DNA of 32,000 nt from NCBI RefSeq assembly GCF_005696695.1, contig NZ_CP040006.1, positions 1,950,001 through 1,982,000 on the forward strand. Direction: 5' to 3'. Under the pieces are notes generated by a model. It was not told the origin of the DNA. It worked only from the letters and a program-made list of their open reading frames with translations, and did not search any database. Positions 12,047-27,388 of this stretch are shown here, in pieces. How positions within the stretch are numbered: the first letter of the stretch is position 1; every line of letters starts with the position of its first letter. Source of the stretch: Schaalia odontolytica. Its GTDB lineage: Bacteria; Actinomycetota; Actinomycetes; Actinomycetales; Actinomycetaceae. Made by a program: the position numbers and the translations under genes.

Positions 12047-12276
12047 TGGGTCTCCAGTTTCTTTCCGTCGGCGGCCTCCCCTCGCTTTAAGGGGCGGCCC
12101 TGATTGTCAGTCTTCCGCGACTGCTGTCACCCCCGTGTGGGCACACGTGTCCGCCTGGGGGCCGGCGCGCCATGATAACCACGTGGGTCAGAGAATGACG
12201 CCCGGAGCTCCGACGGACGGAGCCCGCTCCCGGTTTCCCGGGCACAGAGGTTCCACAGAAGCGGGAACCACCCTCA

Positions 12277-12306
12277 AGGATAGTGGGAAACGTCGCCGTT
12301 CGTCAA
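12277..12306 (-). promoter_or_regulatory. Candidate sigma-A promoter for rpsL-rpsG-fusA-tuf
   Basis: The minus strand reads TTGACG (12306-12301), an 18-nt spacer, then TATCCT (12282-12277). This implies a leader of about 225 nt containing several short GC hairpins. Motif match only. Confidence 0.35.
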
Positions 12307-12451
12307 AGGGGGTGCATTGTGGTTCCCCCCTCATCGACGAGGCCGGGGCTCGGGAGCGCTCAGATCGTTTCCTTCGCGCTCCCCCGTTTGCATGGTGACG
12401 GGCACGCAACTTGTCGCCTCGGGCGTTCCTGCTGTTAGGTCGGTGGCACGC

Positions 12452-12487
12452 GGAGGGGCCCGCAGGCACTTGCCTGCGGGCCCCTCC
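12452..12487 (-). terminator. Hairpin terminator downstream of the GH3 gene
   Basis: Perfect 16-bp stem ggaggggcccgcaggc / gcctgcgggcccctcc with a 4-nt loop, 65 nt after the GH3 stop. There is no U-tract, which is common in high-GC actinobacteria. Confidence 0.6.
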
Positions 12488-12552
12488 CCCACGAGTGATC
12501 GTTACCCAATGTCACCCGAGGGCTGTGCTCCATCCGTTTGTTCCCGGATCGG

Positions 12553-15504
12553 TCACTCTTCCGCCGTCTGCGCCCCGGCCTCGTCGATCGAAGCGTTGGG
12601 CTCGACGGTGATCACGGCCTGCGCCTTGCGGCTGCGGTAGCGACGGATCGCCACCACCTCAAGGCCCAGCAGCGACAGGATGATGATTCCCGCAACCACC
12701 CACGTGATGTACTCCCACGCGTTGCGCGTGACCTCGGGCTGGCCGTTCTCGTACATCCACGAGTTGGCAACCGTGTAGAGGATGTTGTGCGACGCACCGC
12801 GCATCGCGGTCACGCCCGCGGCATCCTGCACGTTGACCGTGGCGATCGGCATGTCGATCGTGGCCAGCATGATGTCGCCGCCGTTACGGGTGATCTGGTC
12901 CGCGTTCTGGTAGCCCATGCCCGCGAAGTAGTCGGTGAGGACCATGCCGCGGAAGCCCCACTCGTCGCGCAGGACATTCTTCAGCAGCGCCGAGTTGGCA
13001 CCCGCGTACTCGGGGCCGATGTAGTTGAACGCGCTCATGATCGCGTGTGCGCCGCCATCCTTGACGCCGATCTCGAAGGAACGCAGGTAGATTTCGCGCA
13101 TTGCCTGCTCGTTTGTCCAGGTCGCCAGCATGTGCGTGCGGTTGGTTTCCTGATCGTTGAGAGCAAAGTGCTTGAGGAAGGCGTACACACCCTTGGCCTG
13201 GGCGCCCTTGATCTCCTCGGCGACCTGCGAGCCGGCCAGGACCGGATCCTCCGAGAAGTACTCGAAGTTACGGCCCGCGTAAGCGTAGCGGTGCGTGTTC
13301 GTGGCCGGCGCGTACCAGCCCGAGACCTGCATGTCGTGCGCCATCGTGCCGATCGCATCACCGAAGGAACGCGCGAGCTCCTTGTTAAAGGTCGCCGCCA
13401 CAGACACCGCGGAGGGCAGGCCGATCGAGCCGACGCCCGTGAAGTTGTTGTTCAGCGAGGCGGGGCCGTCCACGTCGGAGACGCGCAGCTTGCCGATCGA
13501 GGAGATCGCCGGGGAACCGTAGCCGCCCTTGGAGATGAGGGTGTTCATTTCCTTGACGGTGAGCTGGTCGAGGAGCTGATCCCACTTCGGGTCGTCGTAA
13601 TCGAGGCCCGCGAGGTCACCCAGGACGAGGCCATTCTTCGCGCCCGTGGTGGGCATCGTCGCACTACTGTCGGCGTCGGCGGCTGCCGCATCATAGTTCG
13701 ACGTCGCAAGGAACTTCGCCTTGCTGGCCTCGCTCATCTCGAAGTTCGTAGGAGCCGCGGTAGCCTCCGCCAGGTTGGCGAAGCGGCCCGCACGCGACAG
13801 GTAGGTGACGTCACCCTTCGCGTCGTCGAACTGGTTGGTGGCCACGACCTTGTCACCGTCGTGCGTGTTGTCGGCGGTGTTGAAGGTCTGCGTCGCATCC
13901 ACCGTGTACGTCTTTTGATCGATGACGTCGTGTGAGTTGGAGCGCGCGGAGATCTTGTAGTCGCCGGCCTCGAGCACGTAGGCCTTCGCATTCACCGAGT
14001 CGTAGGAAGCGAGCGCATCACGGTTCCACGTGACCGTCAGCGTCTGGGACTCACCGGGCTCCAGCAGCTTCGTCTTCTCGTACGACAGCAGGTTCGCAGA
14101 AGCCTTTTCGATGCCACCGTCCGTGTAGGGCGGGTTGTCGTAGATCTGGACGATGTCCTTGCCGGCGACCTGGCCCGTGTTCGTGACGGTCACGTCCGCG
14201 GACATGGCTCCCGTGGCCTCGTCAACCGAGATGTCGCCCATCGACTGGGAAAACGTCGTGTAGGACAGGCCGTAGCCGAAGGGGTAGACGACCTCGTTGC
14301 CGTAGTCGATGACGCCCTCAGCGGCGGCCGTCTCGTACCAGCGGTAGCCGACGTAGATCGAGTCGTTGTAGTTGACGAAGGACGGCTGCGTCTGGGTGCC
14401 CTTGTTGAAGGGGTCGTCCTGGGCGAACTCCGTCATGTTCGTGTACTGGAAGTCGCCGAAGTTGTTGGCCGCGGGGCCCGCCTTGATGACACGCGGGAAC
14501 GTGTCGGGGGTCTTCGCCGAGGGGTTGACTTCGCCGTCCAGGATGCGGCCCAGCGCGTTGAATCCAACCTGGCCGCCGGGGATCGCCCACACGATCGCGT
14601 CGATCTCCGGGTCGTCCTGAAGGTCGCCGAGCTGGAAGACGTTGGCAGCGTTGATGACGACGATCGTCTTCGTCGACGTCTTCTTCGCCAGCTCGATCAT
14701 GTCCTTCTCGGGACGCGTCAGCTCGAGGTAGCCCTGACCATCCTCGAAGTCCGTGTACTCCTCGGAGTTGTTCGTGTAGCTGAAGTACGGGTTGTCAGCC
14801 ATCTCCTTATTGACATCGCGCGGCAGGTCGAAGCCCTCTCCGCCCGAGCGGGCGATCGTCACGACCGCGGTATCACCGAAGGCGGTGGCGTTGGAGAGCA
14901 GGTCGTCAGAGTACTTGTCCTGCGTGGGCTCGGGCAGCGACCAGTCGGCCTTGAACATGCCGACCTCGGGGCGCTCGGCACGGTAGGAGGTGTACAGGTT
15001 CGTCAGCTCGTCGTTCGTGGTGAAGCCAGCGTTGTGCAGGCCGTCGAGGAGGGTCGTCGTCGGGTTGTCCTTCGACAGCGAGCCGGAACCGGTGCCGCCG
15101 TAGATCGGGTTCGTCGAGCCCCAACCCCACACGTTGATCGCGGAGCCCTTGGCGAGAGGCAGGGCGCCTCCCTGGTTCTTCAGGAGGACCATGCCCTCGT
15201 CAGAAATGTCGTTGCCCAGGTCCTCAACCTGGGCCTTCGACGCGTCCGTGAGGGCGCCCGTGCCGGCCGCCAGGTCGAGCACCGTCTTGAAGCCGCCGTA
15301 CATCATCGACACGACCGCAACGACAACCGCAACAAACGCTGCGATCCACGCGGTCGAGCGCGTGAGCTTACGGGCAGGCTTGCCCATCTTGAAAACAGCG
15401 AGGGAGACGATGATGGCGAGCGCCAGCGCCACGCCGATGACGATCAAGGGGACCTTGATCGACTCAACCATCTTCCACACATCAGACCAGTTGATGGAAA
15501 GCAT
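12553..15504 (-). CDS. Glycoside hydrolase family 3 (beta-glucosidase/xylosidase-like), circularly permuted domain order, TM-anchored at both ends
   Basis: The 983-aa ORF has RBS AAGAGGA 9 nt upstream of the ATG. The GH3 alpha/beta-sandwich (C) domain comes first (LLKNQGGALPL ... GGQ.G.NALG.IL.GEVNPS.K.PDTFP ... PFGYGLSYTTF). An Fn3-like domain follows, then the GH3 barrel (N) domain (KHFALNDQETNR ... GFRGMVLTDY, carrying the nucleophile Asp motif). Two hydrophobic helices lie near the N-terminus and one near the C-terminus (WVVAGIIILSLLGLEVVAIRRYRSRK). Confidence 0.9.
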   Translation of the reverse strand: MLSINWSDVWKMVESIKVPLIVIGVALALAIIVSLAVFKMGKPARKLTRSTAWIAAFVAVVVAVVSMMYGGFKTVLDLAAGTGALTDASKAQVEDLGNDISDEGMVLLKNQGGALPLAKGSAINVWGWGSTNPIYGGTGSGSLSKDNPTTTLLDGLHNAGFTTNDELTNLYTSYRAERPEVGMFKADWSLPEPTQDKYSDDLLSNATAFGDTAVVTIARSGGEGFDLPRDVNKEMADNPYFSYTNNSEEYTDFEDGQGYLELTRPEKDMIELAKKTSTKTIVVINAANVFQLGDLQDDPEIDAIVWAIPGGQVGFNALGRILDGEVNPSAKTPDTFPRVIKAGPAANNFGDFQYTNMTEFAQDDPFNKGTQTQPSFVNYNDSIYVGYRWYETAAAEGVIDYGNEVVYPFGYGLSYTTFSQSMGDISVDEATGAMSADVTVTNTGQVAGKDIVQIYDNPPYTDGGIEKASANLLSYEKTKLLEPGESQTLTVTWNRDALASYDSVNAKAYVLEAGDYKISARSNSHDVIDQKTYTVDATQTFNTADNTHDGDKVVATNQFDDAKGDVTYLSRAGRFANLAEATAAPTNFEMSEASKAKFLATSNYDAAAADADSSATMPTTGAKNGLVLGDLAGLDYDDPKWDQLLDQLTVKEMNTLISKGGYGSPAISSIGKLRVSDVDGPASLNNNFTGVGSIGLPSAVSVAATFNKELARSFGDAIGTMAHDMQVSGWYAPATNTHRYAYAGRNFEYFSEDPVLAGSQVAEEIKGAQAKGVYAFLKHFALNDQETNRTHMLATWTNEQAMREIYLRSFEIGVKDGGAHAIMSAFNYIGPEYAGANSALLKNVLRDEWGFRGMVLTDYFAGMGYQNADQITRNGGDIMLATIDMPIATVNVQDAAGVTAMRGASHNILYTVANSWMYENGQPEVTRNAWEYITWVVAGIIILSLLGLEVVAIRRYRSRKAQAVITVEPNASIDEAGAQTAEE

Positions 15505-15766
15505 TGTTGATGTCCTCTTTCAGTTCCGAAACCCTGCATCCAGAGCCAGATCAGCTCCCTTTCCATCCCCGTTTGTGTCTCCATAGACGTGGGTCGCCGC
15601 AGACCAGAGGGCAGATGGGAACCGCCACCACCTATTCAACCGCACGGTCGGCACCTGGAGGTGGGACCTCGTGCGTTCTGTCGGATTGCGCGCACAATCT
15701 GTCAGGGTGGGCACGCTGGCATCCGCGGGCTTCGCCACCAACGAAGGCGATCACAGGGATGCGCGA

Positions 15767-15796
15767 GGGCCCGGCCCCCTCGCGGGGACCGGGCCC
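15767..15796 (-). terminator. Hairpin terminator downstream of the LAxTG surface-protein gene
   Basis: Stem gggcccgg+cccc / gggg+(a)ccgggccc, 12 bp with one bulge and a 5-nt loop, 27 nt after the stop codon. No U-tract. Confidence 0.55.
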
Positions 15797-15822
15797 TGTA
15801 CCGTTATTGACCGGATCTCCGA

Positions 15823-17271
15823 TCAGCGTGCGCGGCGCCTCGCCACGACGAGGCCGACGCCGGCGATGCCGAGCAGGCCAACGAGCGCGATGGCAACACC
15901 GGTGTTCGCGCCGGTGCTGGCCAGCTTGGTGCCGTCAGTGCTCTTGCCACCCGCAGGCTGGGGCTGCTCGGCAGTCGACTGCGGCTGCTCAGGGGTGGGC
16001 TGCGACTGCTCGACAGTCGGCTGGGGCTGCTCGGGAGTCGGCTGGGGCTGCTCGGGAGTCGGAAGCTCGGGGAAATCACACGTCGAAGACGCCGAGGTAT
16101 CGGACTCGGCGATGGCTGCGCCACTCGTCGTCGTCCCCGAGATCTTCACGAGCGGAGTAACCTCAGCGCTGCCAGTGATAAGGAACGAGAACTTCACCGA
16201 CCCGTTGGCGGGAAGCTCCAGATCCTTGAAGGTCAGCACCTTACCCGCGACCGTCGGCTCGGGGGCACCGCTGGCCGACTGGGGAACGTAGGTAGCATCG
16301 TCCGACAGGGTCGCAATGACCGTCTGAACCGACTTGACATCACGGTTCGGATTCGTGATCGTCACTCCGATGGTGCGCGTCGCGGTGGAGTCGGCGCCCG
16401 GCTGGGCGACGGCGCACGTCGCGGAGGACAGCGCGACCTGGCCCTTCGGCGAGAAGGAGGTGATGAGAGAGTAGTCGGCCGTCATATTCGGCTCGAGCGT
16501 ACGAGTCCAGCTCACAGCCATGCCGTTATCTCGGTTGGAATCTGCGTACGCGAGCATGTTGGGCAGCGGCGCACGATCCTTGAGCTTATCCCAGACCTCG
16601 TAAAAGCCACCGTAGTAGTAGTTCGAACCGGCGGTCGTCGGGACGAACTGCTCGACTCGGCCACGATCCGAATGCCCACCGGTTTCCGGATCCTTCGCTC
16701 GGCAGATGACCGTCCCCGTGTTCGCGTCGTACTCGCCGAAGCCGTAATCATCGTCCTGGAGGTAGCAATCCGCCGCGTGGTAGAGAGTAAAGTCCTGAGC
16801 GACATCCGAAATGTTCTTCACCGACGAGGTCGTCGCGTAGAAGTCATTGCCCGTGGAGTAGGTGTCCGTCTGCGTAATCTCGAATCCGCCGCCGCGAACG
16901 ACAGTCGTGAGGACCCACGGATCGGCTTGAGTGCCCGTTCCTGACTTGGATTGCGAGACCGGTGTCCAGGCGATCGCACTCATAGACCGTGCCTGACGCG
17001 AATTCAGCTCCCCCGGACCGAAGAGCTCAGATCCTACAGCGAGGAACGTTCCACAGTCGGCTGGATCCGTAGTGGAGTTATCGTTGTAGAACTCGTTGTA
17101 CCTATCGCCCTTGTAGTTGATCGAGCAGTTGAGCGTGTCGGATATGGCGATCCGAACGAGCGGTCCGTCCGTATCCTCAATCGTGGGACCAGCCGCAAGG
17201 GCCGCCAACGGGTTGAGAACGAGGGTCGCGGAGCCGAGCGCAGCAATGACCAGTTTCTTGGACAGGCGCAT
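15823..17271 (-). CDS. Cell-wall-anchored surface protein (signal peptide, about 330-aa unknown domain, DUF11/CARDB-like beta domain, PEQPQPT repeats, LAxTG sorting signal)
   Basis: The 482-aa ORF has the N-terminal signal MRLSKKLVIAALGSATLVLNPLAALAAGP. Its C-terminus is ...KLASTGANTGVAIALVGLLGIAGVGLVVARRRAR, that is LAxTG plus a hydrophobic helix plus a positive tail. This is the class E sortase substrate pattern of Actinobacteria. Confidence 0.85.
   Translation of the reverse strand: MRLSKKLVIAALGSATLVLNPLAALAAGPTIEDTDGPLVRIAISDTLNCSINYKGDRYNEFYNDNSTTDPADCGTFLAVGSELFGPGELNSRQARSMSAIAWTPVSQSKSGTGTQADPWVLTTVVRGGGFEITQTDTYSTGNDFYATTSSVKNISDVAQDFTLYHAADCYLQDDDYGFGEYDANTGTVICRAKDPETGGHSDRGRVEQFVPTTAGSNYYYGGFYEVWDKLKDRAPLPNMLAYADSNRDNGMAVSWTRTLEPNMTADYSLITSFSPKGQVALSSATCAVAQPGADSTATRTIGVTITNPNRDVKSVQTVIATLSDDATYVPQSASGAPEPTVAGKVLTFKDLELPANGSVKFSFLITGSAEVTPLVKISGTTTSGAAIAESDTSASSTCDFPELPTPEQPQPTPEQPQPTVEQSQPTPEQPQSTAEQPQPAGGKSTDGTKLASTGANTGVAIALVGLLGIAGVGLVVARRRAR
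15958..16062. repeat. Five tandem 21-bp units (two identical, three diverged) encoding the (P/V/A)EQ(P/S)Q(P/S)T stalk of the surface protein
   Basis: The unit ctggggctgctcgggagtcgg is repeated exactly at 16021-16041 and 16042-16062. Diverged copies lie at 16000, 15979 and 15958. All are in frame (7 aa per unit). Confidence 0.9.
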
Positions 17272-17310
17272 GAGGGGACATCCTTAAGCGTTGATGGATA
17301 GTGTGCGGTC

Positions 17311-17339
17311 AATCTAGCATCCGCGCGCAAGCTTTCCAA
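17311..17339 (-). promoter_or_regulatory. Candidate promoter of the LAxTG surface-protein gene
   Basis: The minus strand reads TTGGAA (17339-17334), a 17-nt spacer, then TAGATT (17316-17311), about 40 nt upstream of the ATG. Motif match only. Confidence 0.4.
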
Positions 17340-17439
17340 ATGGTTGAACTGGTCATGTTCGACCGTCGCCGCCGGTGCTTGATCTGCGCCGCCGTGAGAC
17401 ATCCCCGGCGCACTCAGGGCAAGCGAGTAGACACGACAA

Positions 17440-17484
17440 GGGGCCCCGGCCTCGTCACGTTCTCACGGACGAGGCCGGGGCCCC
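17440..17484 (-). terminator. Strong hairpin terminator downstream of rpoC
   Basis: A 17-bp perfect stem ggggccccggcctcgtc / gacgaggccggggcccc, plus 3 further pairs after a bulge, with a tetraloop. It lies 19 nt after the rpoC TAA. Confidence 0.7.
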
Positions 17485-17502
17485 AAGCGGTCACGAACCG
17501 GA

Positions 17503-21423
<3,921 letters not shown>

Positions 21424-21438
21424 AGTTATCTCTCCCTA

Positions 21439-24915
<3,477 letters not shown>

Positions 24916-25047
24916 AGGGGATCCTTCCCTGCATTAACGGTGCGCACGCTGCCTTATCACCCATTATCTGACGCGTCCTGGTCCGTCAAGCGCCTGTTAC
25001 GACGGCTGGATACGGGTCACCTCGGGCATGATAAGGCGCAAATACTC

Positions 25048-25076
25048 AGCCTACCGTGAGTCGCATCGCGAGTCAA
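25048..25076 (-). promoter_or_regulatory. Candidate sigma-A promoter for rpoBC
   Basis: The minus strand reads TTGACT (25076-25071), a 17-nt spacer, then TAGGCT (25053-25048). This gives a leader of about 125 nt before the rpoB TTG. Motif match only. Confidence 0.4.
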
Positions 25077-25172
25077 GGCTGCGTGTGATATGTGCAGGGT
25101 TTCACGGGAACGAGGCCGTGGCCAGCTTGTTCGTCAGGCGCGACGCTGGCGGAACCCGGGCTTGGGTGGCGG

Positions 25173-25246
25173 TGCCCCAAGTCGGGCTTGAACCGACGAC
25201 CCACGGATTATGAGTCCGCTGCTCTGACCGACTGAGCTATTGGGGC
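25173..25246 (-). tRNA. tRNA-Met (anticodon CAT), elongator type; CCA end not fully encoded
   Basis: The minus strand reads GCCCCAATAGCTCAGTCGGTCAGAGCAGCGGACTCATAATCCGTGGGTCGTCGGTTCAAGCCCGACTTGGGGCA. It folds as a 74-nt cloverleaf: 7-bp acceptor, GCTC/GAGC D stem, GCGGA/TCCGT anticodon stem with loop CTCATAA, GTCGG/CCGAC T stem with TTCAAGC loop. It lacks initiator features. A lysidine-modified tRNA-Ile2 cannot be excluded from sequence alone. Confidence 0.85.
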
Positions 25247-25387
25247 GGTGCCATCCTATCGGAGGAACGCGGGCCTCTTCCACTGACACCCCACCTTGAT
25301 CCGTCGATCACGCTGAAGCGACATAGGACCTTGGTCATCCTTATGGTTATTTCAGCAGTTCACAGCCAATGAAATGAAGGAGATGGC

Positions 25388-27130
25388 ATGAACGTCGCGG
25401 AACAGATTGTGGCTCAACTCGTCGACGCTGGAGTCCACAGGGTCTATGGCATTGTCGGCGACTCGCTCAACCCCATCGTTGACGCCGTGCGCAAGACAGG
25501 CGGTTCGAAGAAGGGCGGCATCGACTGGATCCACGTGCGCCACGAGGAGGCGGCGGCGTTCGCAGCATCGGCCGAAGCTCAGCTCACCGGCAAGCTTGCC
25601 GTGTGCGCAGGCTCGTGCGGCCCGGGCAACCTTCATCTCATCAACGGCCTGTACGACGCGAACCGCACGGGCGCGCCCGTCCTGGCCATTGCCTCGCACA
25701 TCCCGAGCGTCCAGATCGGCACGACGTACTTCCAGGAGACCCACCCGGACCGCATTTTCGAGGAGTGCTCGGTCTACAACGAACTCATCTCCTCCGCGGC
25801 GCAGTCGCCGCGCACGGTGAACTCGGCGATCCGCCACGCGGTCGGCTTGGGCGGCGTCTCGGTCATTACACTGCCCGGCGACGTCTCCGACCTCAAGGCC
25901 GTCGAGCACGTTCCCACCTACGCACCCGCGCGCCCCGCGACGCTTGCTCCCAACGCCACCGACATTGAAGAGGCAGCAGCTCTCCTCAACAAGGCTGACA
26001 AGGTCGCGATCTTCGCCGGCGCGGGCGTCGAGGGCGCCCACGACGAGGTCATCGCCCTGGCGGATGCACTCAAGGCACCGATCGGCCACTCGCTACGCGG
26101 CAAGCACTTCATCCAGTACGACAACCCCTTCGACGTGGGCATGACGGGTCTGCTGGGCTACGGCGCAGCCGCGGAGGGCATGAACGACGCCGACGTGCTA
26201 ATCCTGCTCGGCACCGACTTCCCCTACGACCAGTTCCTGCCGTCCACCCCGACCATTCAGGTGGACACGCACGCGGAGAAGCTGGGCCGCCGCACGGACG
26301 TCGGCCTCGCGATCCACGCGCAGGTCAAGCCCTTCATCGAGGCACTCCTCCCCCACCTGCGCGCGAATCGTTCCGACTCTTTCCTGAAGTCCAAGATTAA
26401 GAAGCACTCGGAGATCATGCACGCTCCCGTGGGCGCCTACACGCGCAACGTGGAGAAGATGCGTCCGATTCACCCCGAGTACGCCGCCCACCTCCTCAAC
26501 GAGACGGCCGCGAAGGACGCGATTTTCACCGCTGACACAGGCATGTGCAACGTGTGGACCGCCCGCTACATCGATCCCCTCGGCACGCGCCGCCTCATCG
26601 GTTCACTACTGCATGGGTCGATGGCGAACGCCCTGCCGATGGCACTGGGCGCTCAGGTCGCCTACCCCGATCGTCAGGTCGTGTCCGTTTCGGGCGACGG
26701 CGGTCTCTCGATGCTGCTTGGCGAGCTCATCACCGCAAAGATGTACGACCTGCCGGTCAAGGTGGTCGTCTTCAACAACTCGACGCTGGGCATGGTGAAG
26801 CTAGAGATGCTGGTCAACGGCCTTCCCGACTTCCAGACGGATGTCCCGGATACGAATTACGCGGAGATTGCCCGCGCAATTGGTTTCCACGCGGAGCGCG
26901 TCGAGGACGCCTCACGTCTGGAGGACGCGTACCGCGAAGCCTTCGCGGCGCCCGGCCCCGCTCTGGTCGAGGTCATCACGGACCCCAACGCTCTCTCACT
27001 CCCGCCGGCTATCACGGGCGGCCAGGTCGTCGGTTTCGCGACCGCGATGAGCAAGATCGTTCTCAACCGCGGCATCGCTGAGGCCTTCTCGATGGCCACC
27101 TCGAACATGCGCAACATCCCGCGCCTGTAG
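25388..27130 (+). CDS. poxB: Pyruvate:quinone oxidoreductase / pyruvate oxidase (ThDP- and FAD-dependent, PoxB/Pqo family)
   Basis: The 580-aa ORF has RBS GAAGGAG. It contains the ThDP-enzyme N-terminal block (VYGIVGDSLNPIVDA...HVRHEEAAAFAASAEAQLTG.LAVCAGSCGPGN.HLINGLYDA), the ThDP-binding motif GDGG...NN and the membrane-binding C-terminal tail ...SNMRNIPRL. It is collinear with Corynebacterium Pqo as I recall it. Confidence 0.92.
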   Translation: MNVAEQIVAQLVDAGVHRVYGIVGDSLNPIVDAVRKTGGSKKGGIDWIHVRHEEAAAFAASAEAQLTGKLAVCAGSCGPGNLHLINGLYDANRTGAPVLAIASHIPSVQIGTTYFQETHPDRIFEECSVYNELISSAAQSPRTVNSAIRHAVGLGGVSVITLPGDVSDLKAVEHVPTYAPARPATLAPNATDIEEAAALLNKADKVAIFAGAGVEGAHDEVIALADALKAPIGHSLRGKHFIQYDNPFDVGMTGLLGYGAAAEGMNDADVLILLGTDFPYDQFLPSTPTIQVDTHAEKLGRRTDVGLAIHAQVKPFIEALLPHLRANRSDSFLKSKIKKHSEIMHAPVGAYTRNVEKMRPIHPEYAAHLLNETAAKDAIFTADTGMCNVWTARYIDPLGTRRLIGSLLHGSMANALPMALGAQVAYPDRQVVSVSGDGGLSMLLGELITAKMYDLPVKVVVFNNSTLGMVKLEMLVNGLPDFQTDVPDTNYAEIARAIGFHAERVEDASRLEDAYREAFAAPGPALVEVITDPNALSLPPAITGGQVVGFATAMSKIVLNRGIAEAFSMATSNMRNIPRL

Positions 27131-27148
27131 GTCATTCATATCTCCGGG

Positions 27149-27196
27149 AACGAGGCCGGGGCTGGGTTCGCACGACCTGGCCCCGGCCTCGTTTTA
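27149..27196 (+). terminator. Intrinsic terminator downstream of poxB
   Basis: A 14-bp perfect stem aacgaggccggggc / gccccggcctcgtt followed by TTT, 19 nt after the stop codon. Confidence 0.7.
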
Positions 27197-27388
27197 CATG
27201 GCCACAACCCGCATTTTATCAACATTCACTTTTCTAAAAGACTGGTTTTTCCCAGCTCAAATATCGCTTGACAAGTGAGAACCTTGTAGCGGACCGCACA
27301 GAAAGGCCGTTTGACACCCATTTATGCGCGCATTTTCCCTCTAATCTACGAGGCATTCTATCGTTCACGCCACACAGGAGGAACCGCA

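Noticed and set aside
25173-25246. tRNA-Met as an integration site for a genomic island containing poxB and the Moco gene
   Set aside because: I could find no integrase or recombinase gene and no direct repeat of the tRNA 3' half downstream. The neighbouring genes are ordinary metabolic genes with native-looking composition.
27195-27388. Moco riboswitch in the leader of the molybdoenzyme gene
   Set aside because: The leader is short and AT-rich. I could not find the conserved CCUCCGAG-type core or the multi-stem architecture. Only a generic GAAAGG is present.
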